Positions 29,559-36,587 of a stretch of 64,000 bases of DNA are shown here, in pieces; within the stretch, counting starts at the first letter, position 1; every line of letters begins with the position of its first letter. Where the stretch lies: the IMG/VR virus record IMGVR_UViG_3300028283_000231. One strand, 5' to 3'. The position numbers were made by a program, and so were the translations under genes. Below the pieces are notes generated by a model, which saw only the letters and a program-made list of their open reading frames with translations, did not search any database and was not told where the DNA came from. Origin of the DNA: a virus (lineage: Duplodnaviria > Caudoviricetes).

Positions 29559-29666
29559 AAACGGGTGGCGGAATGGTAAACGCACCTTTGAATGGAGGAG
29601 GAGGTGATGACAAACTGGTTCGACCAGGAAAATCTCTGAATGTGGGTTCAACTCCCATCCCGTTTA
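29559..29666 (+). ncRNA. Class II tRNA-like RNA with non-canonical anticodon loop and about 40-nt variable region
   Basis: AAACGGG/CCCGTTT; GCGGAATGGTAAACGC D-arm; GTGGG-TTCAACT-CCCAT. Confidence 0.6.
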
Positions 29667-29667
29667 C

Positions 29668-29774
29668 AAATGAGTGGCGGAAACAAAAGACGCACCAGGC
29701 AAGCAAGACTGGCGTGGATATAGAAATGACTTGATAATCTCCACGTGCGGGTGTAAACCCCGTCTCATTCACCA
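29668..29774 (+). ncRNA. Class II tRNA-like RNA with 10-nt anticodon loop, long variable arm and encoded CCA
   Basis: AATGAG/CTCATT; CCAG-GCAAGCAAGA-CTGG; CGTGGA/TCCACG; ends ACCA. Confidence 0.55.
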
Positions 29775-29804
29775 ATTAGTTCTTTGAACGTAAAAATACC
29801 CACC

Positions 29805-29869
29805 GGTAATAAGTTGTAAGATTAAACATTGTCAAACAACAAGGTCTTCCAATCCTTACACTTATTACC
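29805..29869 (+). ncRNA. Long bulged hairpin
   Basis: GGTAATAAG/CTTATTACC plus TGTAAG/CTTACA. Confidence 0.5.
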
Positions 29870-29873
29870 AAAC

Positions 29874-29945
29874 GCTGGTGTAGTATAATGGTCATTACAG
29901 GGCTCTTGTAAAGCTCGAATGGTGGTTCGATTCCACTCACTAGCT
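29874..29945 (+). tRNA. tRNA-Thr(TGT)
   Basis: GGGCT-CT TGT AA-AGCTC. Confidence 0.92.
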
Positions 29946-30015
29946 CTAAAAAATAATTCATCAAAACTCATTTTTGGCTCTAAATAATTTTATATATAAT
30001 AATAAAAATGAAATT

Positions 30016-30741
30016 ATGTGGACACAAGAAAAAATGAATGAAGCTATAAAATTAGCAAAAGAAGGCAAAACTTATGATGAAATAGGTAAAATTCTAAATA
30101 AAACAGGTCATTCTATAAAATGTAAATTTTTAAAAAATAAAATTAAAATAACTGATTTTAAAGAAATTAAAAAATATAAAGTTGTTGATTGTTTAAATTG
30201 TGGTAAAGAAATTTTTGGCGGTGATAGAAAGTTTTGTAATACTAGTTGTGCTGCTATATTTAATAATAAAAAAAGAGACAAAAAGATATTTGAAAAAATA
30301 AGTATATCATTAAAAACACAAAATATTAAAAAAATTTGTTATTGTGTATATTGTGGAGAAAGTTTAAAAGGAAAAAATACCACTTATTGTAATAATACAT
30401 GTTGTGGTAAACATAGAAGAGAAATAAGTATAGGAAAATGGAAGAATGACGAAATTGAAGTGACAACATCAGGTAAAATTAAACCTTTTCTTAGAGATTA
30501 TCTATTTAAAAAATATAATAATAAATGCTCTAAATGTGGTTGGGGTGAAGTGAACGAATTTACCAATAAAATACCACTAGAAGTGGAACACATAGATGGT
30601 AATAGTGAAAACAATAAAGAAGAAAATTTAACACTTTTATGTCCTTGTTGTCATTCATTAACAAAGACATATAAAGGAGCAAATAGAGGAAATGGTAGGC
30701 ACAATAGAATGATTAGATATAGAAATGACAAATCATTTTAA
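30016..30741 (+). CDS. HNH homing endonuclease
   Basis: CSKCGW...LEVEHIDGNSENNKEENLTLLCPCCHS; likely start at ATG 30016. Confidence 0.85.
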   Translation: MWTQEKMNEAIKLAKEGKTYDEIGKILNKTGHSIKCKFLKNKIKITDFKEIKKYKVVDCLNCGKEIFGGDRKFCNTSCAAIFNNKKRDKKIFEKISISLKTQNIKKICYCVYCGESLKGKNTTYCNNTCCGKHRREISIGKWKNDEIEVTTSGKIKPFLRDYLFKKYNNKCSKCGWGEVNEFTNKIPLEVEHIDGNSENNKEENLTLLCPCCHSLTKTYKGANRGNGRHNRMIRYRNDKSF

Positions 30742-30749
30742 AATTATAT

Positions 30750-30821
30750 TCCGATATAATTCAAGGGTAGAATGCCAACTTGGTAAGTTGGATGTTTCGT
30801 GTTCAAGTCACGATATCGGAT
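30750..30821 (+). tRNA. tRNA-Thr(GGT)
   Basis: CCAAC-TT GGT AA-GTTGG. Confidence 0.88.
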
Positions 30822-30886
30822 CACGCGGAGACTGTTAGAATTTCATAGGGCCCCAGAGATAAGAGGAAAACATAGAAATTCATAAT

Positions 30887-30958
30887 GCGATTGTATCTCA
30901 GGGGTAGAGTGGTTGGTTTACATCCAATTTGTCGGTGGTTCGAATCCATCCAGTCGCA
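30887..30958 (+). tRNA. tRNA-Val(TAC)
   Basis: GTTGG-TT TAC AT-CCAAT. Confidence 0.88.
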
Positions 30959-30960
30959 CA

Positions 30961-31071
30961 CCTATTCATAGTTTATCGTGGTTAAAACACAACGACGAAT
31001 ACATCGCCCTTTCTGAATTAAATCAGACGAATGTATTAAGAGTAAGTGAGTTCAAGCCTCACTGAATGGGT
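30961..31071 (+). ncRNA. tRNA-shaped RNA with extended, branched anticodon arm
   Basis: CCTATTC/GAATGGG; GTTT/AAAC D-arm; AATACAT/ATGTATT and TCTGA/TCAGA insert; GTGAG-TTCAAGC-CTCAC. Confidence 0.6.
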
Positions 31072-31077
31072 AAATAT

Positions 31078-31152
31078 GTTTCTGTAGCTCAGTTGGTTGA
31101 GAGCATTACCTTGACAGGGTAGGGGTCGATGGTTCGAATCCATTCAGGAACA
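31078..31152 (+). tRNA. tRNA-Val(GAC)
   Basis: TTACC-TT GAC AG-GGTAG. Confidence 0.92.
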
Positions 31153-31201
31153 CACGCGGTTTTAGCCTTTTAAACGCGACAGGTGGAAAAAGGCATTTAA
31201 C

Positions 31202-31273
31202 GGGGCATTAGTTCAGTGGCGAGAACAGAAGACCTGCAATCTTCAGACAAGGGTTCGACTCCCTTATGCTCCA
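31202..31273 (+). tRNA. tRNA-Ala(TGC), with C33 instead of U33
   Basis: GAAGA-CC TGC AA-TCTTC; G3-U70. Confidence 0.82.
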
Positions 31274-31314
31274 CGAGGATTGAAATATGGGTTCGACCCC
31301 CATCCGCTCCTTCG

Positions 31315-31420
31315 GGGGAGGTAGTTTAATGGTAAAACACATTCCGTATGGGAAGGTAATTTAATGGAGAAGGCCCCGGTGGATGCTGGGGTGGTATGAG
31401 TTCGAACCTCATTCTTTCCA
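31315..31420 (+). ncRNA. Ala-like tRNA-shaped RNA with tandem-duplicated 5' end and irregular anticodon arm
   Basis: GGGGAGGTAGTTTAATGG (31315) and GGGAAGGTAATTTAATGG (31350) both pair with TCTTTCC; CCCCGG-TGGATG-CTGGGG. Confidence 0.5.
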
Positions 31421-31427
31421 CATATAC

Positions 31428-31500
31428 GGGGATGTAGCTCAGTTGGAAGAGCGTTTGCCTGGCAGGCAAAAGGTAGCCGGTTCGAACCCGGCCATCTCCA
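31428..31500 (+). tRNA. tRNA-Ala(GGC)
   Basis: TTTGC-CT GGC AG-GCAAA. Confidence 0.93.
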
Positions 31501-31515
31501 CTAAAATTAATAGAC

Positions 31516-31731
31516 ATGGAAACAAAATGGATTTCAATAGAAGAGGCTTTACCAGAACCACAAATGGGAAAAACTTGGAAAACTTGCGAGCACGTTTTGG
31601 CTTATAGTCCCTCTACAATAGGTATTATAGTAGCAATATATTTTGGTGATAATTTGGATGGACCAACAAAAGGGTGGACAAATATGGGAGTTACTCATTG
31701 GATGCCATTACCAGATAAACCAGTAAAATGA
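31516..31731 (+). CDS. DUF551-like protein
   Basis: WISIEEALP...VTHWMPLPDKP. Confidence 0.8.
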   Translation: METKWISIEEALPEPQMGKTWKTCEHVLAYSPSTIGIIVAIYFGDNLDGPTKGWTNMGVTHWMPLPDKPVK

Positions 31732-31758
31732 AAAAATGAATTTTAAAAAATAGACGTC

Positions 31759-31947
31759 ATGGAAAATTACGGAATAGGTCAGATAATTACAGATTTAGAT
31801 GGCAGTACGTGTACCATCGTTGATATGACGTCAAATTCGATTTGTGTTCATATTAAAAAGAAAAAAGAAGGCGGTATAGATTGTAATAATTGGTTTACTT
31901 TTACTGACTTCGAAAAAAGATTTAAGGCTGCAAACTTAAAATGGTAA
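31759..31947 (+). CDS. Hypothetical protein
   Basis: ORF track. Confidence 0.55.
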   Translation: MENYGIGQIITDLDGSTCTIVDMTSNSICVHIKKKKEGGIDCNNWFTFTDFEKRFKAANLKW

Positions 31948-31951
31948 AAAT

Positions 31952-32042
31952 AGATTACACACAGCAAAAAACCAAATGGTAAAAAAAACAACTGAAAATT
32001 GTTTTGAGACGATTCGATGCGTCACAATAAAAATGTAATCTG
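31952..32042 (+). ncRNA. Stem-ACAGCAA RNA copy 1 (Phe GAA anticodon-like loop plus T-loop-like hairpin)
   Basis: AGATTAC-AC-ACAGCAA...AAACAA-CTGAAAA-TTGTTT...GACG-ATTCGATG-CGTC...GTAATCT-G. Confidence 0.7.
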
Positions 32043-32049
32043 AAAACAA

Positions 32050-32106
32050 AGAATACTTACAGCAAATAAAAAACTTTCTTCCAAAAAGTGAATAAAAAGT
32101 ATTCTG
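32050..32106 (+). ncRNA. Stem-ACAGCAA RNA copy 2 (Gly TCC anticodon-like loop)
   Basis: AGAATAC-TT-ACAGCAA...ACTTT-CTTCCAA-AAAGT...GTATTCT-G. Confidence 0.7.
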
Positions 32107-32112
32107 TAATAC

Positions 32113-32184
32113 GCAGGAGTAGTACAATGGTTAGTACGTCGGCTTGCCAAGCCGAGGATGTGAGTTCGATTCTCATCTCTTGCT
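32113..32184 (+). tRNA. tRNA-Gly(GCC)
   Basis: TCGGC-TT GCC AA-GCCGA. Confidence 0.93.
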
Positions 32185-32202
32185 CTATATATTAAAATAA
32201 AT

Positions 32203-32274
32203 GCGAAAGTAGTATAAAGGCTATTACTCCAGCCTTCCAAGCTGGACATGAGGGTTCGATTCCCTTCTTTCGCT
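32203..32274 (+). tRNA. tRNA-Gly(TCC)
   Basis: CCAGC-CT TCC AA-GCTGG. Confidence 0.93.
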
Positions 32275-32279
32275 CAATT

Positions 32280-32351
32280 GCGAATATAGTTCAGTGATAG
32301 AATATTTGCTTCCCAAGCAAAGGGTAGTGGGTTTGAGTCCCACTATTCGCT
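32280..32351 (+). tRNA. tRNA-Gly(CCC)
   Basis: TTTGC-TT CCC AA-GCAAA. Confidence 0.9.
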
Positions 32352-32353
32352 CA

Positions 32354-32434
32354 GAGATTAACTTACCTTTATTGATGCACACCATTGCGTGATTGGTAGG
32401 AGATGTGGAGTAATTCTCCATCTACGTTAATCTC
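32354..32434 (+). ncRNA. Three-way-junction structured RNA
   Basis: GAGATTAAC/GTTAATCTC closing stem; TACC/GGTA and AGATGTGGAG/CTCCATCT arms. Confidence 0.55.
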
Positions 32435-32443
32435 AAAATTATT

Positions 32444-32542
32444 GCGGAGGTAGTTTAGTGGGAAAATTGCCATGATCAGCCATACTGTTTAAGTGCAGAT
32501 GAATTTGGTGGGTAGTCAAAGGTTCGAATCCTTTTCTTCGCT
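32444..32542 (+). ncRNA. Gly-acceptor tRNA-like RNA with about 30-nt structured insert in the anticodon loop
   Basis: GCGGAGG/TCTTCGC with U73; AAAGG-TTCGAAT-CCTTT; insert CATACTG...CAGATG. Confidence 0.65.
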
Positions 32543-32544
32543 CA

Positions 32545-32650
32545 GGGTGGTTGGTATAATAGGTGAAACCATCAATGTTCTCGCCCTTCCCAGTAGCTTC
32601 GGTGATTAATAGAACTTCGGTTCGCTGACCAAGGATAAAAGAGAACGCCC
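32545..32650 (+). ncRNA. Multi-branch RNA with two cUUCGg tetraloops
   Basis: GGGT/GCCC, GTTCTC/GAGAAC, CCTT/AAGG, CAG/CTG and GAAC-TTCG-GTTC. Confidence 0.6.
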
Positions 32651-32656
32651 AACAAT

Positions 32657-32739
32657 GCGGCTATCGTATAATGGCAACGAGAGTTAGATTATGTCGGTCT
32701 TCCAAACCGAGGATGTGAGTTCGATTCTCACTAGCCGCT
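32657..32739 (+). tRNA. tRNA-Gly(TCC) with enlarged D-loop
   Basis: TCGGT-CT TCC AA-ACCGA; D region AATGGCAACGAGAGTTAGATT. Confidence 0.75.
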
Positions 32740-32743
32740 CAAT

Positions 32744-32811
32744 GAATGCTCACAGCAACCAAAAGCTTTAATAAGCAACAAACTTGTAATTTGTAGAAAA
32801 AAAGCATTCTG
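32744..32811 (+). ncRNA. Stem-ACAGCAA RNA copy 3 (Thr TGT anticodon-like loop)
   Basis: GAATGC-TC-ACAGCAA...ACAAA-CTTGTAA-TTTGT...GCATTCT-G. Confidence 0.7.
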
Positions 32812-32816
32812 TATAT

Positions 32817-32896
32817 GGCCCTGTAATGGCAGAGTCTTCTAAACTCTAAGCGCATAATGGAAACTGAAAATAAGGGTTCGAGTCCCTTCTGGGTCA
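32817..32896 (+). tRNA. Atypical tRNA-Arg(TCT) lacking a D-stem, with 24-nt variable region
   Basis: GGCCCTG-TAATGGC-AGAGT-CT TCT AA-ACTCT...AAGGG-TTCGAGT-CCCTT-CTGGGTC-A. Confidence 0.6.
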
Positions 32897-32942
32897 CAAA
32901 ATAAATAATTAAAATTGATTTTTTTATATTAAAACTTTGTCG

Positions 32943-32950
32943 TATATTTG
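32943..32950 (+). promoter_or_regulatory. Bacteroidota-type -7 promoter box TAnnTTTG (representative copy)
   Basis: Also at 10179, 12537, 21000, 45785, 47880, 51468 and 51775, each in an intergenic gap before a + strand gene; matches the known Bacteroides sigma-A -7 consensus. Confidence 0.7.
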
Positions 32951-32982
32951 CAATAAGAAACTAAAATTTAAAGAAAGGAAAT

Positions 32983-33101
32983 GACGTTAAATCAAGTTGG
33001 ATAATGGAAACCCAGCCTGCCTCACTAGCAAGGAAATGAAAGTCCGAATCTTTCTCCGCCCTACTCAAAAAGGGGCGTGTGGGTAAAAGCCAAATGATGT
33101 C
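32983..33101 (+). ncRNA. Candidate circularly permuted tRNA-Val(CAC) or closed-acceptor tRNA mimic
   Basis: D-loop, anticodon loop CTCACTA, T-arm GAAAG-TCCGAAT-CTTTC and TCCGCCC, followed downstream by the complementary GGGCGTG. Confidence 0.45.
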
Positions 33102-33144
33102 GAAATAGTGTAACGAGATTTGAATATATAATTGATTATCAAAT

Positions 33145-33216
33145 GGTTCCGTAGATCAACGGATAGATCGGGTGACTTCTAATCTCCAGATACAGGTTCG
33201 ATTCCTGTCGGGACTA
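33145..33216 (+). tRNA. tRNA-Arg(TCT)
   Basis: GGTGA-CT TCT AA-TCTCC. Confidence 0.88.
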
Positions 33217-33228
33217 CAAATGGAAAAC

Positions 33229-33299
33229 AGCGGATGTGGTGTAATGGTAACATACTTGCTTTGGGAGCAAGGGTAGCGGTTCAAGTCCGACATCTGCTA
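33229..33299 (+). tRNA. tRNA-Pro(TGG)
   Basis: CTTGC-TT TGG GA-GCAAG. Confidence 0.82.
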
Positions 33300-33366
33300 C
33301 AAGGATTTAAGTTCAAAACAGAAAAAACTGACTTTTATATATTTATATATAAAGTAAAAGATTTGT

Positions 33367-34227
33367 ATGAATTATATTGGTTCTGAATATCATATAGAAA
33401 ATGCTAAAAAAGCTTCTGTATTAGGGAATAAGAAAATACAAGAAATTAAGAATGAAAGAATTATAAATTATAATAATTTTCCTAATTTTTGTTTGAATTG
33501 CAATAATCCATTATCTTATAATAAAAGAAGTAATAAATTTTGCTCAAGTTCTTGTTCGGCTACTTATAATAATAGAAATAGAATAGTCACAGAAGATCAT
33601 AAATTAAAAACAAGTTTGAGTCTAAAGGGAGTTAGTAAAGGTGGTAAAAGAGAACTCAAAGATTATAAAAGAAATTGTGGGGAATGTGGTAATGTTTTTA
33701 TAGTTCCTAGAATTGAAAATGGAAAATTATCACAACAAAAATATTGTTGTGATAAGTGTTCTAAAACAGGAATGAAGAAAAATTTAAGTTTGAATGTTAA
33801 AGAAAAAGTTAGAAACGGAACACATAAAGGTTGGACAAGTAGGAATATAATATCATACCCTGAGAAGTTTTTCATTGAAGTATTGAAAAATAACAAATTG
33901 GAATACAAACAAAACTTTGTAATAAGTAAAAGAGATTTAGGATTAAACGATATAAGTAATTATTTTTTAGACTTTTATTTTGAAGATGGGAAAATAGATT
34001 TAGAAATTGATGGTAAACAACATTCATACAAGGATAGAAAAGAAAAAGATATAACAAGGGATAAGTTGTTGGAAAGTGTTGGTATAAAAGTTTATAGGAT
34101 AAAATGGAAGAATCCAATAAATGAATCAAATAAAGAATATTTAGATAAAGAAATACATAAATTTTTAAAATTTTATGAAATTAATAAACTTATATTTAGG
34201 TTTAAAGGATCAAATGCCTTTGAGTAG
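33367..34227 (+). CDS. Homing-type endonuclease with Zn-ribbons and C-terminal DUF559/Vsr-like nuclease domain
   Basis: YFLDFYFEDGKIDLEIDGKQH...RDKLL...GIKVYRIKW. Confidence 0.75.
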   Translation: MNYIGSEYHIENAKKASVLGNKKIQEIKNERIINYNNFPNFCLNCNNPLSYNKRSNKFCSSSCSATYNNRNRIVTEDHKLKTSLSLKGVSKGGKRELKDYKRNCGECGNVFIVPRIENGKLSQQKYCCDKCSKTGMKKNLSLNVKEKVRNGTHKGWTSRNIISYPEKFFIEVLKNNKLEYKQNFVISKRDLGLNDISNYFLDFYFEDGKIDLEIDGKQHSYKDRKEKDITRDKLLESVGIKVYRIKWKNPINESNKEYLDKEIHKFLKFYEINKLIFRFKGSNAFE

Positions 34228-34444
34228 ATTTATACGTAATCTACGTAAAGGTCACGTCTTGGGTTTATTTCATAAAAGAAGTCATTTTACTTTCGAAGGA
34301 AAAGAAAAGGTATCATATGGTTCCAAAGAGTCAGCAACCAAGGCTGCTCAAAAGATGAGAGAAAAGAAAGGAACTTATTATTCTAATTATAAATGTATTT
34401 TTTGTGACGGTTATCATTTAGGTAGAAATAGAGAAAACAAATAA
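34214..34444 (+). CDS. Hypothetical phage protein with C-terminal CxxC..H motif
   Basis: YKCIFCDGYHLG; likely start MPLSR. Confidence 0.6.
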   Translation: MPLSRFIRNLRKGHVLGLFHKRSHFTFEGKEKVSYGSKESATKAAQKMREKKGTYYSNYKCIFCDGYHLGRNRENK

Positions 34445-34446
34445 AC

Positions 34447-34947
34447 ATGGAAACAGTTAAAAATGTAACAGATCCTTACGGGGAGGAGAATTGGAGTGAC
34501 GTAAAAGAATCACCAAAGAAGAAGAAAATTGAATGGGTGCCCACTGCGGGTTTATGTTTTATGTTCTTACTCCTTGCTTTTATGGTAACTACTTGCGCTT
34601 TTCATGATAAAATGAAATATGATAATATTAAGAGAATTGAAGTAAAAATGGTTGTTACTAATGAAATTTTCAGAGATGAAAGAGAAGGTAAACAAGACGT
34701 GACTAACTTCTATCTTCGTGTAGAAAGTCCTTTTATGAAGACTCCTGAACCTGATTATTTACTGAGGTCTAAAGATTATCCAGCAGCAAGAATACATGAT
34801 ACTCTTGTTTGTTTAGTTAAATATTCAAATACTTTTAGAAAAGAATGGTATTCAAATATATCAAGATTAACTGAAAATAATATAGACGAAAGAGAGAAAA
34901 TTCTATTCAATATAGTAGGACTATCAAAGATTATAAAATCTAAATAA
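34447..34947 (+). CDS. Membrane-anchored hypothetical protein with N-terminal DPYGEENW motif
   Basis: ORF track. Confidence 0.6.
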   Translation: METVKNVTDPYGEENWSDVKESPKKKKIEWVPTAGLCFMFLLLAFMVTTCAFHDKMKYDNIKRIEVKMVVTNEIFRDEREGKQDVTNFYLRVESPFMKTPEPDYLLRSKDYPAARIHDTLVCLVKYSNTFRKEWYSNISRLTENNIDEREKILFNIVGLSKIIKSK

Positions 34948-34958
34948 CATTAAAAGAT

Positions 34959-35864
34959 ATGATTGGAAGAATAAACTATGGTGGTGTAACATGGGAGCAT
35001 CTTGTTAAACCAACTAGCGCTGAATTTATAGAAATAAAAGACGCTTATAATTTTCACCCTCTCACTATGGAAGACTGTAAAACTAATAGTCTTCATCCAA
35101 AGGTTGATACATATGATGGTTACTATTTTTTAAACTTGCATTTTCCATATTTAGATAAATCTGGAACAGTAGTAGATATTAAAGAGGTAAAAATATTTTG
35201 GGGAAACAATTTTCTTGTAACTATTGGAAAAACACATTGGTTGTTTACACAAGAATTTGAAAAGGAAAAAGCTTTAGCGTCAGATAAAAGAATGGTAGTA
35301 ACAAGTTCTGATATGCTTCTCTACACTCTACTTGATAAAGTTATGAAGGCTACTCAGCAATTAGTTGATAAAGTTGACGAAGAGGTTGATAAATGTGGTA
35401 AATCTATTTTCGGTAAAAGAGCAGAAAAAATAATTGAACATATTAGTATTACTAGGAAGAATGTTATCGTGATGAATACTATGTTCAAACCACAGTTAGC
35501 TATTTTCAGTAAACTCACCAATGGAGCAATTAAAGGTTTTGCTGAAGATATGGAAAACTACTGGGGTAACATTCACGATTATTACCAGAATATATGGGAC
35601 ACAGTTGAAGACGCTGGTGAACTTATAAAGGGTTATAGTACAACATTCGACTCTTTACAGGTAAATAAAACAAACGAAGTGATGAAAATATTAGCTTTAG
35701 TTTCTTCTATTTTATTACCAATATCGTTCTTAGCTAATCTTTACGGTATGAATATTAAAATACCTTTTCAGAACCACGATCAATTTTATATGTATCTTGG
35801 TGGTTTAATGTTAGTTATGATAGTTGGAATGTTTTCGTATTTCAAATTTAAGAAATGGATGTAA
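34959..35864 (+). CDS. corA: CorA-family Mg2+ transporter
   Basis: HPLTMED, PKVD and C-terminal LYGMN followed by two TM helices. Confidence 0.9.
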   Translation: MIGRINYGGVTWEHLVKPTSAEFIEIKDAYNFHPLTMEDCKTNSLHPKVDTYDGYYFLNLHFPYLDKSGTVVDIKEVKIFWGNNFLVTIGKTHWLFTQEFEKEKALASDKRMVVTSSDMLLYTLLDKVMKATQQLVDKVDEEVDKCGKSIFGKRAEKIIEHISITRKNVIVMNTMFKPQLAIFSKLTNGAIKGFAEDMENYWGNIHDYYQNIWDTVEDAGELIKGYSTTFDSLQVNKTNEVMKILALVSSILLPISFLANLYGMNIKIPFQNHDQFYMYLGGLMLVMIVGMFSYFKFKKWM

Positions 35865-35878
35865 TTATATATAGTAGA

Positions 35879-36206
35879 ATGAGAATAATTTTTATATTTT
35901 TAATAGGTATATTTTTCTTATTTGTTGGGTGTAAAAAGAAGGAACCAACAATTATACCTTTTACTTATACAAGTTTAAAAGCATCTGATTCAACTATCAG
36001 AGTGAATGAAATGACTAACATTGTTGCTGAGGCAACAGGTGATGAATTGGTTTATAAATGGAGCTACTTATGGAACATTTGTAGGTAGTGGGAATACAGT
36101 TCAGTGGACGGTTTGCCACGCTGATAATTTTATAATCACATGTGAAGTAGTAGATAAGAATAATCATTCAGATACAAAAAGTGTAACTATTAAGGTAATT
36201 AATTAA
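35879..36206 (+). pseudogene. Bacteroidota-type lipoprotein (PKD-like) split by a frameshift near 36061
   Basis: LFVGCKKK lipobox; YKWS continues as ATYGTFVGSGNTVQW...TCEVVD in another frame. Confidence 0.55.
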
Positions 36207-36274
36207 AATATATACAAATATGAATAAGAAAGGAGAGGTTTTTCGGTAAGTGTTAAAAATTAATCGAAAAACCC

Positions 36275-36580
36275 ATGAGTTACAAATGTAAAGTAGAAAT
36301 GGATATTACTGATAACAGGTATGTCTATAACAGATCAAGAAAAGTTTACCTCGAACAAAAAGGTAAAATTCATTGCTCTCGCTGTGGTTATCACAGAGGA
36401 GAAAATGATGAAAGAAAATCATACGGCACCACAGGATTTTGGAGAAAGACTGGAAAGCGTCTTCGTCACCCAAACTGGAAATTGGTTTCTAAAAACAGAA
36501 AACAATGGATGAAAAAACCAATTATAAGAGTGGTTAAAAAAAGCCAATGGTTCGAGGATTATCTTAATATTGATTTTTAA
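36275..36580 (+). CDS. Hypothetical basic protein
   Basis: ORF track; CSRCGYH. Confidence 0.55.
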   Translation: MSYKCKVEMDITDNRYVYNRSRKVYLEQKGKIHCSRCGYHRGENDERKSYGTTGFWRKTGKRLRHPNWKLVSKNRKQWMKKPIIRVVKKSQWFEDYLNIDF

Positions 36581-36587
36581 GAATTAA

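Noticed and set aside
28428-32421. Minus-strand ORFs overlapping the tRNA cluster (28125, 28428, 29497, 29776, 31326, 32022, 32224) and + ORF 31383
   Set aside because: They are antisense or alternate-frame read-throughs of tRNA genes with no protein motifs.
24232-36206. Programmed frameshifts at about 24270, 24500 and 36061 (also 1774 and 8545)
   Set aside because: No clear slippery heptamer with a stimulatory structure; mostly homopolymer-associated single indels that could be sequencing errors or decay.
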